49,138 nucleotides of DNA from Oscillospiraceae bacterium (GCA_963636895.1 CAVHMC010000002.1:1-49138); one strand, 5' to 3'. Positions 9,095-18,208 are shown, counted from the first letter of the stretch. A program made the numbers and translations. The notes: a model not told the origin generated them from the sequence alone.

Positions 9095-10268
9095 GTTTTT
9101 GTTCTCCTTTTTTTAATTTGTCCCAAACAGGGCTTATACTTCTCAAATATTCTACTATTTTTGTTGCTTGAACAATTGTTTCGTCAATTTCTTCTTCCGT
9201 TGTAAATTTTGACAATGTAAGTCTCAAACTTCCATGGGCTATTTCGTGCGGAAGGCCTATTGCAAGCAAAACGTGACTTGGGTCGAGAGACCCACTTGTG
9301 CAAGCGGAACCGCTAGAAGCACATATGCCTTTTTCGTCAAGCCAAAGTAGCAAACTTTCGCCTTCAATTCCTTCAAAGGACATATTAAAGTTGTTTGGAA
9401 GCCTTTTTTCTTTGTCTCCGTTTATTTTGCTATGTTCAATTTTACTTAAACCTTCAAAGAGTTTGTCTCTTAAATATTTTTCTTTACGAGCAACGTCGTT
9501 AATTTCAAGGCATGCTATTTCAAGTGCTTTTGTCATACCTGCAATAGCGGGCAAATTCTCCGTCCCCGCACGCTTGTTCTTTTCTTGTGCTCCGCCAAAA
9601 ATAAAACTAAAAAGCGGGCAAGACTTTTTGCAATAAAGAAAACCGACGCCTTTTGGCCCATGAAATTTGTGGCTCGACGCACTCATCATGTCAAGATTTA
9701 ACTCTATTACATCTATTGGCAAATGTCCCACCGCTTGCACCCCGTCTGTATGAAAAATTATGTCATGTTTTTTGCAAATCTCGCCAATTTCTTTTATTGG
9801 TTGAAGTGTTCCAATTTCGTTGTTTGCAAACATTATTGTGACAAGACAAGTTTTGTCGGTTATTGCTTTTTCTAGGTCGGCAACATGCACAATTCCATTT
9901 TCATACATAGGCAAATATGTCACGACGAAACCTTCTTTTTCCTTTTGCTTCAAGGTGTTTAGTATTGCGTGATGCTCAAAAGCGGTGGTGATTATATGAT
10001 TTTTACCTTTCAATTTTCCATAAAAGCACGCACTGTTTATCGCCCAATTGTCGCTTTCACTTCCGCCAGAGGTAAAGTAAATTTCGTTTTCTTCGCAATT
10101 AATACATTTTGCAAGTCTTGCTCTACAATTTTCCAAATGCTCTTTTGCAACTTGTCCCACTGTATGCAAACTACTTGCATTGCCATAAATTTCGTCAAAA
10201 TATGGCATCATTTCATTTTTTACTTCTTCAAGAACTTTTGTTGTTCCTGCATTGTCAAGATAAATCAT
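9084..10268 (-). CDS. iscS: cysteine desulfurase (NifS/IscS class)
   Basis: The start is set to the ATG at 10268 (MIYLDNAGTT) because GGAGA sits at 10273-10277. The track ORF begins 6 codons earlier. SSHKFHGPKG is the PLP lysine motif and SSGSACTSG is the active-site Cys loop. Confidence 0.9.
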   Translation of the reverse strand: MIYLDNAGTTKVLEEVKNEMMPYFDEIYGNASSLHTVGQVAKEHLENCRARLAKCINCEENEIYFTSGGSESDNWAINSACFYGKLKGKNHIITTAFEHHAILNTLKQKEKEGFVVTYLPMYENGIVHVADLEKAITDKTCLVTIMFANNEIGTLQPIKEIGEICKKHDIIFHTDGVQAVGHLPIDVIELNLDMMSASSHKFHGPKGVGFLYCKKSCPLFSFIFGGAQEKNKRAGTENLPAIAGMTKALEIACLEINDVARKEKYLRDKLFEGLSKIEHSKINGDKEKRLPNNFNMSFEGIEGESLLLWLDEKGICASSGSACTSGSLDPSHVLLAIGLPHEIAHGSLRLTLSKFTTEEEIDETIVQATKIVEYLRSISPVWDKLKKGEQKHAI

Positions 10269-10503
10269 TTTTCTCCTTTTTTTCAAAATATAATAAAAAA
10301 TTTGTTGCTTGCTTTAATATTTTTTAAGTTAATATAGAATAGATTTTGACAAAGACCTTACGATAAAATTTATTTAAAAAAGTGCTTTTTTAAGTTTTCA
10401 AGAATTGTTTTTTTAAACTTTTTTGTTGCCTATAAAGTCTTTATTTTAAAATTTTTAACACTTAAATTTTTAAAATCTTACACAAATCAAATATTTTTTT
10501 AAA

Positions 10504-10914
10504 TCAAACTTTTTTATTCTTGTCAATTAAATCATATAAACTCACATTTGATAGATAATTGTTGATAAGTGTGGTCAAGTTTTCCCAACACTCCACACTG
10601 TCGCACTGGTTTTTTCGCGGACAAGTGACACCTTTTGCAAGACAAGGTGCAATAGGTCCCAAGTCGCCCGTTGCTTGCAAAATCTCGGCAACGGTGTACT
10701 TTTTTGCGTCTTTTTTTAGTTTATATCCGCCATTTGTCCCGCGAACACTCTCCACCAAGTTGTTTTTGACAAGTTGTGAAATTATTTTTTCAAGATATTT
10801 TTCAGTTATGCCTTGCTTTTGAGACAATTCGGCAACGGAAACTATCTTGTTGTCGTGCTTTGACAATTCTGCCATAATTCTCACCGCATATCTACCTTTT
10901 GAAGAAATCTTCAT
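10504..10914 (-). CDS. Rrf2-family transcriptional regulator (IscR/CymR-like)
   Basis: The start is set to the ATG at 10914 (MKISSKGRYAVRIMAEL), which has a GGAGA RBS. A winged-helix N-terminus is followed by three Cys (CLAKGVTCPRKNQCDSVEC). It lies upstream of iscS-iscU on the same strand. Confidence 0.85.
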   Translation of the reverse strand: MKISSKGRYAVRIMAELSKHDNKIVSVAELSQKQGITEKYLEKIISQLVKNNLVESVRGTNGGYKLKKDAKKYTVAEILQATGDLGPIAPCLAKGVTCPRKNQCDSVECWENLTTLINNYLSNVSLYDLIDKNKKV

Positions 10915-10995
10915 CTCATCTCCTTTAATAAAAAAAATATATCCTACCAAAATGGTATGATTTTATTCTATATTAAAAATTTTTCTTTGTCAACA

Positions 10996-11460
10996 CTAAT
11001 AAATTGTTTTTTCTTTTATTTTTTTATATTTTTCAAACAACTTTAAGCCATCGTTTCTATCAAGACATATAAGATTGTCTTTTAATTTTTGAGTGGAAAG
11101 GTCAAGTTTTTTATAAAAAATGTCGTCTCTAAAACCTATATCATCATTGTCTTTTATTGTGCAAGCGTAGTAAATTTTGTTTATGTTTGCCCACAATAAG
11201 GCTCCTAAACACATAGGGCAAGGCTCCCCCGTCGTATAAATGTCGCACCCTGTTAAGTCAAAATTTTTAATATTTTTGCAAGCGTTCCTAATTGCTTCCA
11301 TTTCGCCATGGCAAGTTGGGTCGTTGTTTGCTACTACCATGTTATGTCCACGTCCAAGCACAACTCCGTCTTTTACGACAACCGCCCCAAAAGGCCCGCC
11401 ATGTCCGAGATTAATCCCTATTTCTGCTTCTTCAAGTGCGAGTTTCATAAATTTATTCAT
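10996..11460 (-). CDS. CDA-fold zinc deaminase, closest in pattern to guanine deaminase GuaD
   Basis: The start is set to the ATG at 11460 (MNKFMKLALEEAE), which has a GGAGA RBS at 11466-11470. The longer track ORF (to 11556) would run into the tRNA gene. It has HGEMEAI and PCPMCLGAL zinc motifs, and GGPFGAVVVKDG resembles B. subtilis GuaD. Confidence 0.75.
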   Translation of the reverse strand: MNKFMKLALEEAEIGINLGHGGPFGAVVVKDGVVLGRGHNMVVANNDPTCHGEMEAIRNACKNIKNFDLTGCDIYTTGEPCPMCLGALLWANINKIYYACTIKDNDDIGFRDDIFYKKLDLSTQKLKDNLICLDRNDGLKLFEKYKKIKEKTIY

Positions 11461-11523
11461 TTTTTCTCCTAAAAATTTTAAAATAAAGACCCAAATTGAA
11501 AAGGTTTTCAACTGGGCCCAATT

Positions 11524-11600
11524 TGGTGCGTCTGATTGGATTTGAACCAACGACACCGAATTTCGAAGACTCGTGCTCTATCCAGCTGAGCTACAGACGC
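11524..11600 (-). tRNA. tRNA-Arg (anticodon TCG)
   Basis: Hand-folded 77-nt cloverleaf: GCGTCTG/CAGACGC acceptor, GCTC/GAGC D stem, CGAGT/ATTCG anticodon stem with loop CTTCGAA, GTTGG/CCAAT T stem with TTCAAAT loop, and an encoded CCA. Confidence 0.85.
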
Positions 11601-12044
11601 AAATGTTACATTTTTTAATGGAAAAAGTCAAATTCCTTAACTATTTGTCCCAAAAGCTGATGCTTTATCCAATTGAACTACAAATGTAAATCGGATATTT
11701 TAAAGGGAAGGGTTAAACCCAAACCTATTTTAACTCTACACCCTATTTATCAAAGTTATAAACATAAAGGAAGAAATGCTTTGAATTCGTGTAAAAAAGC
11801 ATATATAGGGTTGCCCTTCAAAGCCTTTTAAACAAAAGCAATGATATTTTACAACTTTTTTCAATTTTTTGCAAGCAACAAGGACACATGATTAAAAATT
11901 TTTAGATTAAATTTTCTTTGAGTGATAAAAATTAAACTCAAAATTATGTAAATTTTTATAAAAACTACAAACTAAGGTCTTATAAAATAATATTTTGTTG
12001 TTTTAGAAAGAAAAGAGATAAAGTAAAAAATTTGCGATATAGAT

Positions 12045-12073
12045 TTGATTTTATTTTTTTAAATATTTATAAT
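12045..12073 (+). promoter_or_regulatory. candidate promoter for lepB-degV
   Basis: TTGATT (12045-12050), a 17-nt spacer, then TATAAT (12068-12073). Confidence 0.5.
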
Positions 12074-12116
12074 AGGTAGTAAGTTTATTTGGATAAACCT
12101 ATTAGAAAGGAGAAAA

Positions 12117-12824
12117 ATGGCCGGCAAAGAAAGCGAAAAGGCAAATGAAGAACTCGTGTACAAGCAAACCTATGATATAGACGGCAAGTGGACACGCAAT
12201 AAAATTATTGCAAAAACTTTTAAATTTGCCATTATTTTACTTACTATTGTTTGCTCGCCAAGGATTATTTTAAATTTTTTCTTTGCTCAAATGCAGGTTG
12301 TTGGCGTCTCCATGCAACCTACCTTAAATGCAACTCTAGAAACAAAGAAAAGTGAAGCTTACTATGAACAGTGTGAAAAGGACACAATATATGTCTCGCG
12401 AATTTTTAGGGGCGACGTAGGAAATATAGTGGCCTTGGTGTATAACAACAAACCTATGGTGAAGCGCTTTATTGCAAAGGGTGGGCAAAAGGTTTCGCTA
12501 AAAAAAGATGAAAGCACAAATTTGTTTGTCTATTATATTGATGATAAAAAACTCGACGAGCCATATCTTGGAGAAAATTATAAGGACATGAACGCAGATT
12601 ATTTTGCTTATTTTTGCAATATTGCTTCAACCTGCGACGGTGATGAAGCAAGTTTGGTAGTCCCCGAAGGTAAAATCTTTGTATTAGGTGACAATAGGGG
12701 AGAAAGCAACGATAGCCATGTTTTTGGTTGTATAGCGGAGAGTTGCTTATTTGGTCGAGTAGATTTTTATTACAGTTACGATAGCAACCTATTTAGATAT
12801 GTATTTGGTTTAATTTTTGGATAA
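12117..12824 (+). CDS. lepB: signal peptidase I (S26 family)
   Basis: 235 aa with an N-terminal TM. It has the catalytic Ser box GVSMQPTL, the Lys box VKRFIAKGG and GDNRGESNDSH. A GGAGA RBS is present. Confidence 0.9.
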   Translation: MAGKESEKANEELVYKQTYDIDGKWTRNKIIAKTFKFAIILLTIVCSPRIILNFFFAQMQVVGVSMQPTLNATLETKKSEAYYEQCEKDTIYVSRIFRGDVGNIVALVYNNKPMVKRFIAKGGQKVSLKKDESTNLFVYYIDDKKLDEPYLGENYKDMNADYFAYFCNIASTCDGDEASLVVPEGKIFVLGDNRGESNDSHVFGCIAESCLFGRVDFYYSYDSNLFRYVFGLIFG

Positions 12825-12838
12825 AAAGGAGAAAGAAT

Positions 12839-13693
12839 ATGAAAATACAAATAACGGCAGATAGTACAATAGATTTAACTCCCGAGTTGTACGAAAGATT
12901 TGATATAAAGGTCCTTCCTTTTGTTGTAACTTTGGGCGACAAGACTTATTATGACGGGGTGGATATTGTGCCACAAGACATATTTGACTATGTCCAAAGG
13001 ACAAAAGAATTGCCAAAAACGGGGGCTAGAAGTGTAGACGATTTGGAAAAATTTTTCAAACAATTTACGGATAACGATTGCGAAGTGGTGCATATTGGGA
13101 TAGGAAGTAAACTCAGTAGTGGTTATGGATATGCCGTTTCCGCCTCAAAAAGTAACCCAAAGGTGCACGTTGTTGATACGTCAACCTTGTCTTCCGGGTC
13201 GGGGCTTCTTGCCATGTATGCAAGCGAACTTGCAAAAAGTGGGAAGTACACTGTCGAACAAGTGGTCGAGATGGTAAGCAAACGTGTGCCATATTCTCAA
13301 TCGTCTTTTATTGTGGAAAAGTTGAATTATTTATATAAAGGTGGAAGGTGTAGTGCTTTGAGTTTATTTGGTGCTAACCTTTTGCGTCTTAAACCTTGTC
13401 TTCAACTTGTAAACGGGGAAATAAAGGTAACAAAAAAATATATAGGGAGTATGGTTAGTTGTCTAAAAAAATATATGGAAGATGAACTGGCTACCTACAA
13501 CAACCCAGACCACACAAGATGCATGGTGACATATCCCTCCGCCACACCCGAGATGCTAAAAACCGCAAGAGAGGTGCTAGAAAAATATGGCAAGTTTAAG
13601 GAAGTCCTATTTACAAATGCGGGCAGTGTGATAACTTCTCACTGTGGTGAAAACACCATAGGAATATTGTATATAAACGACGGCGACCACTAA
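12839..13693 (+). CDS. DegV-family fatty-acid-binding protein
   Basis: 284 aa. MKIQITADSTIDL plus the overall DegV pattern (SSGSG..., ITSHCGENTIG). A GGAGA RBS is present. Confidence 0.88.
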   Translation: MKIQITADSTIDLTPELYERFDIKVLPFVVTLGDKTYYDGVDIVPQDIFDYVQRTKELPKTGARSVDDLEKFFKQFTDNDCEVVHIGIGSKLSSGYGYAVSASKSNPKVHVVDTSTLSSGSGLLAMYASELAKSGKYTVEQVVEMVSKRVPYSQSSFIVEKLNYLYKGGRCSALSLFGANLLRLKPCLQLVNGEIKVTKKYIGSMVSCLKKYMEDELATYNNPDHTRCMVTYPSATPEMLKTAREVLEKYGKFKEVLFTNAGSVITSHCGENTIGILYINDGDH

Positions 13694-13832
13694 AAATATG
13701 GTTTTTTTCAAAAAAAATGGGCGTTTTGGTGTATAATTTTGAGAAAAATAGCAAAAATTGTTAGGAAATTCGTTTTTTTTGTGTTATGATTGAAATAACC
13801 TTAAAGGGGAAATTTTTAAAAGGAGATTTTTT

Positions 13833-14102
13833 ATGAATAAAGGTGAATTGATTAGTGCAATCGCAGAAAAGGCAGGTTTTACACTTAAAGATGCTGATGA
13901 AGCATACAAAGCATTTGTGTCTGTCCTTGCGGAAACACTTAAAAAAGGAGAAGATGTTACTCTTGCAGGCTTTGGTACTTTCAAAGTAAAAACTAGAGCT
14001 GCTAGAACAGGTATCAATCCACAAACAAAGCAAAAAATTAGCATTCCAGCTTCAAAAGTTCCATCTCTTAAGTTTGGTAAATCTTTTAAAGATATGCTTT
14101 AA
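13833..14102 (+). CDS. hup: HU-family nucleoid-associated DNA-binding protein
   Basis: 89 aa. MNKGELISAIAEK...GFGTFKVKTRAARTGINPQTKQKISIPASKVPSLKFGKSFKD is canonical HU. A GGAGA RBS is present. Confidence 0.95.
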   Translation: MNKGELISAIAEKAGFTLKDADEAYKAFVSVLAETLKKGEDVTLAGFGTFKVKTRAARTGINPQTKQKISIPASKVPSLKFGKSFKDML

Positions 14103-14164
14103 TTTCTTTGTTTGTATTATGAATGGCACTTTTATGTGCATAAACCTTCATAAAAAACAGCGAG

Positions 14165-14198
14165 AAGGGAGTCTTTTTTAGGCTCTCTTTTTGTTTTT
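14165..14198 (+). terminator. rho-independent terminator of hup
   Basis: AAGGGAGTC (14165-14173) pairs with GGCTCTCTT (14181-14189), including two G-U pairs, around a 7-nt loop. TTTGTTTTT follows. Confidence 0.55.
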
Positions 14199-14426
14199 AG
14201 AGAATTCAAGAAAAAAAGTTTTTATTGTCAAATTATTTGGTTTTTTTTGGATAAAATAGTATTATATAATTATATTGATGGGAACTCTTATTTGCGTGCT
14301 TATCTTTTCATGAAGTCATTTTAAAATTAAAGAGCGAATTGGTGGCAACTTTTATAATAGTGGTGTAACGATTTTGAAATTTACTTTCCATAATCATATT
14401 GATTTTTGGATAAAAAGGAGAAATTT

Positions 14427-17400
14427 ATGCGAAATTTTTTTGAAAAAGGTAAATGGTTATTGCTCGGGCTTGTCTTTCTTGTCCTTCCAATGTGCTTGGT
14501 GGGGGTATATTCATTTTCTGGTGAAAATGCTTGGAAAAATGATAGTAGTTTGGCTATGTCAACTTTGGGTAAAGGGCTTGACACCGGCGACCGCCTAGCG
14601 ACTGCTTCGCCCCGCTCGGCGACCGCCTCTACAAATTTAAACGACCTTTCTACATATAGTTTAAACAACACTAGACAGTCTGTCGCAAATGTGAGTTTAA
14701 GCGAAGTACATTGGAATCCAAGCGAGGGTGTTGATACTAACGACGGGACAAATCCGTCTCTTGCTGTAAAGACTCTCGACAAAGCAAAAATGCTTGTGTC
14801 TCCCAATGGCAAAATATATATGTCGGGACAATATACTCTTGAAAAAGATACGACTATAGATTTTGGCGGACTTTCTATTTCTCTTTTGGGTGGTGTGACA
14901 GGAGATGCCTACTTTAACGTAAATGGGGCCTACAATTTAACCTTTAAAAATGCAACTATTACAACTCAAGATACAATAACTCTTCCGCTTATAAAATGCG
15001 CAAACAGTTCGACTTTGAATATTTCAGACATAACTTTCAGTAATTTAAAGGCAAACAATATTATTCAAGGCGAAGCAAAAAGCAATATTACAATAGAAGA
15101 TTCTTCTATAGAAAATTGCAATATGACACACTTTATAACGGGAAAATATGCAAGTTTGAGTCTTAAAAATTGCACTTTCACAAGCAACACTTCTTCTAGT
15201 GTTGGTGGGGCTTTGTACCTTGAAGGTGAGACGACGCTAAGCGATTGTACCTTTACAAAAAACACAAGCACTGGTGGAGGTGGAGCAATTTATGTTGCAA
15301 GCGGAAGCCTTTATGTAAAAGACAAACTAACTGTGCAAGGCAACAAATCAATAGTTGCGGAAGACGCCTTGGTTGGTGGTGGAATTTATGTAGCTGAGAA
15401 TGCAACTCTTGTGATTGAAAGAGACGTGCTGTTTGTTTGTACTGAAAACACGCATAAAGTGTCAAGTGGCGACACTGAAACAAACGACAACCTTCTCCTT
15501 ATGACGACAAATAAAAAAATTTTAAAAGGCGATTTGCAAACTGGAAGTACTTTTGGGCTTGGGTGTCGAGCAACAGATTCTGCCGAACAAAATGCACTTT
15601 TAAGTTTTGGTTTAAATTATCCTTTGTTGGAGACCTTGAAAGGTTGTGCGACTTCGGATAATGACGACTATGGGCTAAAATTTGTCTCTATAAAAGGTGG
15701 CGATTGCGGACTTGTGTTCTACAAAAAAGAACAAACAAATTATTGGTCTATTGTAGACGATAGGGCAGTAAAATACGACGCAACAAAAAGTTATACTGTA
15801 AACGATATAACTATTATGTATGGCGATGAAGAAGTGGATAAAGTGTCTTGTACTACGAAATACTCCACTGATGGCACAACTTTTTCTTCTCAAAAGCCAA
15901 CATTTACAGGTGTGGGACAATATGAAGTGAAATATCAAACGACTGTTACAACTTCTGACGGTCACGATACCACAATATCGGGCAGTACCTATCTTTCTAT
16001 AATAGGAGTTAGATTGTATGTCGAAAGTTATCCAAAGGCTTATTTGACCTACAAGGGATATTTGAGAGACGCAAGTTTTGTCGGTGGTCGTGTTGTAAAT
16101 GATGAAGGCAAAATTGTCACAGGAACATGGTCTTTTGTCGATGAAAATACAGAAGGTAACAACAATGTTATATATTCTGCAAAGTTTACTCCCTCAAACA
16201 CCGCAACCTTAAACGTAGGCAGTGATTATTTCTTGACTGAATTGCAATTAGCAATTCGTTATTCCATTGTTTTCTACAAAGACGGATATTTTTGCACAGA
16301 CTTAAATACTTATAGCCGTATTGGAAATATCACGCAATTGGAAGATATTATTGCTTTAATGGAAGATGATGGGACGTTGGTTTTTTGTAGCACATACAAG
16401 GTTAATGGGGTGGAGACTATTGACGTGAAAGACAAAACCCTAACGTTTGCTCGACATAAAGATTTTGTTTCAAGCCCTATGATTTCTGTGGAAGCAAACA
16501 CAAACGAATTAAAAAATTCTCTTACACTGAGTGGCGATATTGTTTTCGACGGTGCATCTCCATATGGTGGGAATATTTCGGATAGCGGAAATGTAAAAAA
16601 TGATGCCATATTTGAAGTAGGAAACCCGTCAGTTGATACAGCTACGGGTGGGACCTTGAACATAAACAGCGGGGTCGTTATAAAAAATTGGACTTTAGAG
16701 TTTAGTGCTCAAAAAGGGCTTATAATTATTTGTTCACCAGGAACAGTCAACCTAGACGGGTGTAAGATTTCCAGCAACAAAATAACTTCGTCGGGAGACT
16801 ATAAGTCAAGTGTTATTTTAAATTCTGGCACGCTAAACCTTGTAAGTGGCGAATTTTATGAGAATGAGAACTATTATCTGCCTTCTACCATCTCAGGCGA
16901 AACCACCACAAGCACCGCTTATTATGGAGGCTTCTTATCTTGCGTTGGGGGAAAGGCGACGATGACGGGCGGAACAATTGGAAAAAATACCGCAAATTAT
17001 GGCGGGGCAATTTATCTTGAAGATGCAACACTAAAGTTGCTTGGTGGAAAGATTTATGCCAACAAAGGCATAACGGCTGGCGGTGCTATTTATGCCACAG
17101 GGTCTTCTTCTATCACAATTGACGAAGATTTTGCTATAACGGACAACATGTCGGGCAGTTTGGGGACTTTAGTCCTTAACAATGTGGAAAAAACGGATAG
17201 TATAACAATAGTAAATTCGGACGGCACTGCTGTAACTGGTATAAGTGCAATGTCTAAACTTGACGAAATTGAAAGAAAAAATTTAAACAATGTTGAGTTT
17301 AAAAATATATCCCCAAAAAATAACGACGAAAACACCACACAAGAACGCTCGGTCGGAGTCGTTCTACCTATAGCATGTGCAACATGTGTCGTGCTAATTT

Positions 17401-17456
17401 GTCTCGCAATTTATGAATTTATTAGAAAAAACAAGACAAAATTTACAAAAAAGTAA
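14427..17456 (+). CDS. tail-anchored surface protein with Pmp-type beta-helix repeats; smaller paralogue of the giant gene
   Basis: ATG at 14427 follows AAGGAGA (14415-14421). The track's TTG at 14406 lies inside the RBS region. It has a hydrophobic N-terminal signal (WLLLGLVFLVLPMCLVGV). Repeated (N/D)CxFxxN and GGA(I/L)Y motifs occur (KNCTFTSN, SDCTFTKN, VGGALYLEG, GGGAIYVASG, YGGAIYLEDA, AGGAIYATG). An Ig-like module (GTWSFVDEN...FTPSNT) is present. A C-terminal TM (VGVVLPIACATCVVLICLAIYEFI) is followed by a basic tail, RKNKTKFTKK. There is no LPXTG. Confidence 0.85.
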   Translation: MRNFFEKGKWLLLGLVFLVLPMCLVGVYSFSGENAWKNDSSLAMSTLGKGLDTGDRLATASPRSATASTNLNDLSTYSLNNTRQSVANVSLSEVHWNPSEGVDTNDGTNPSLAVKTLDKAKMLVSPNGKIYMSGQYTLEKDTTIDFGGLSISLLGGVTGDAYFNVNGAYNLTFKNATITTQDTITLPLIKCANSSTLNISDITFSNLKANNIIQGEAKSNITIEDSSIENCNMTHFITGKYASLSLKNCTFTSNTSSSVGGALYLEGETTLSDCTFTKNTSTGGGGAIYVASGSLYVKDKLTVQGNKSIVAEDALVGGGIYVAENATLVIERDVLFVCTENTHKVSSGDTETNDNLLLMTTNKKILKGDLQTGSTFGLGCRATDSAEQNALLSFGLNYPLLETLKGCATSDNDDYGLKFVSIKGGDCGLVFYKKEQTNYWSIVDDRAVKYDATKSYTVNDITIMYGDEEVDKVSCTTKYSTDGTTFSSQKPTFTGVGQYEVKYQTTVTTSDGHDTTISGSTYLSIIGVRLYVESYPKAYLTYKGYLRDASFVGGRVVNDEGKIVTGTWSFVDENTEGNNNVIYSAKFTPSNTATLNVGSDYFLTELQLAIRYSIVFYKDGYFCTDLNTYSRIGNITQLEDIIALMEDDGTLVFCSTYKVNGVETIDVKDKTLTFARHKDFVSSPMISVEANTNELKNSLTLSGDIVFDGASPYGGNISDSGNVKNDAIFEVGNPSVDTATGGTLNINSGVVIKNWTLEFSAQKGLIIICSPGTVNLDGCKISSNKITSSGDYKSSVILNSGTLNLVSGEFYENENYYLPSTISGETTTSTAYYGGFLSCVGGKATMTGGTIGKNTANYGGAIYLEDATLKLLGGKIYANKGITAGGAIYATGSSSITIDEDFAITDNMSGSLGTLVLNNVEKTDSITIVNSDGTAVTGISAMSKLDEIERKNLNNVEFKNISPKNNDENTTQERSVGVVLPIACATCVVLICLAIYEFIRKNKTKFTKK

Positions 17457-17530
17457 TAAAAAACATAAATCTTATTCTTACTGTGAATATGAGAGTAAAA
17501 TAAAACCATCTCAAAATTTTGTATTTTAAG

Positions 17531-17566
17531 CTACTTTCGACTGTTTGGTCGGGCGTAGTTTTTTTA
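17531..17566 (+). terminator. rho-independent terminator of the first adhesin gene
   Basis: CTACTTTCGAC (17531-17541) pairs with GTCGGGCGTAG (17548-17558) with one mismatch and two G-U pairs, around a 6-nt loop. TTTTTTTA follows. Confidence 0.6.
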
Positions 17567-18056
17567 TGTTTTGAGGGCGAAAATATAGAGAACCTTTAAA
17601 CGCAAAAACTAAAGAAATCAATAACAACTTAATAAAAATCTCCAAAAAATAAAAACTCAAAAAAAATAAAAAGCATAGAAAATAAAAAACATGCAACAAA
17701 TAAGAAAAAACGAAAAAAAAGATATAAGAGAAAAAATAGAAAAATGTAAAAACTTTAAATAGAAAAACAAACAAAAACCAAACAAAGAGATAAAGACAAA
17801 AACTAGAAAAACAAGACAACAAACAAAATGATAATTATCAACAAATTAAACGCGGTAATTGTTAGATAAAGTGGAATAAAGGGCCAAGTAAAATTAGTCA
17901 AAAAAATAGTTAAAAAAATTAACAAAAAAGTAAGCAAAAAAGTAAGCAAAACACACATCAAAAAAGTATAAAAAATACAAAAAAATAATAGAGAAAAAAC
18001 ATAGCAAAAAATAACAAAAAAATAATTAAAAAATAACAAAAAAAATAAAAAAATTT
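17567..18056. other. extreme A-skewed non-coding tract upstream of the giant gene promoter
   Basis: Hand count over 17581-18060 gives about 312 A, 75 T and 93 G+C out of 480. There are many A6-A8 runs and a local tandem AAAAAAGTAAGC x2 near 17925-17950. There is no plus-strand ORF. The minus-strand ORFs are poly-Phe/Leu composition artefacts. Confidence 0.85.
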
Positions 18057-18101
18057 TTAGAAAATTTTACAAATTTTTTCCAAAAAAGTTGTGTAAATTG
18101 T

Positions 18102-18130
18102 TTGTCGAAAAAATGGATATATTATATAAT
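18102..18130 (+). promoter_or_regulatory. candidate promoter of the giant gene
   Basis: TTGTCG (18102-18107), a 17-nt spacer, then TATAAT (18125-18130). An imperfect palindrome, GGATAT (18115-18120) with ATATCC (18132-18137), overlaps it. Confidence 0.6.
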
Positions 18131-18208
18131 TATATCCGTAGAAAATTAGTTTTGTTTTATCGTGTAATTTTTTTTGGTAATTAGCAAAGACTAAGATAAG
18201 GAGAAAAA

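Noticed and set aside
10996-11556. Full-length 186-aa ORF, and a TadA (tRNA adenosine deaminase) assignment
   Set aside because: The first 32 codons overlap the tRNA-Arg gene and lack an RBS. The internal ATG at 11460 has GGAGA. The sequence pattern (GGPFGAVVVKDG, C-terminal helix region) fits GuaD-type guanine deaminase better than TadA. The neighbouring tRNA has U34, not A34.
11619-11694. tRNA-like remnant next to tRNA-Arg. The minus strand reads ...TAGTTCAATTGGATAAAGCATCAGCTTTTGGGAC...TTTTTCCA.
   Set aside because: The D-loop-like AGTTCAATTGG and the terminal CCA are suggestive. I could not build acceptor, anticodon or T stems, so at best it is a decayed pseudo-tRNA.
5839-14426. TTG start codons proposed by the ORF track at 5839 and 14406, and the upstream ATGs at 10286 and 10950
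   Set aside because: In each case an in-frame ATG a few codons downstream has a properly spaced GGAG-type RBS (5860, 14427, 10268, 10914). The track start either lies within the RBS or lacks one.
18108-18113. A-run in the -35/-10 spacer of the giant gene as a Mycoplasma vlp-style phase-variation tract
   Set aside because: It is only six adenines, too short for high-frequency slippage. The spacer is already the optimal 17 nt.
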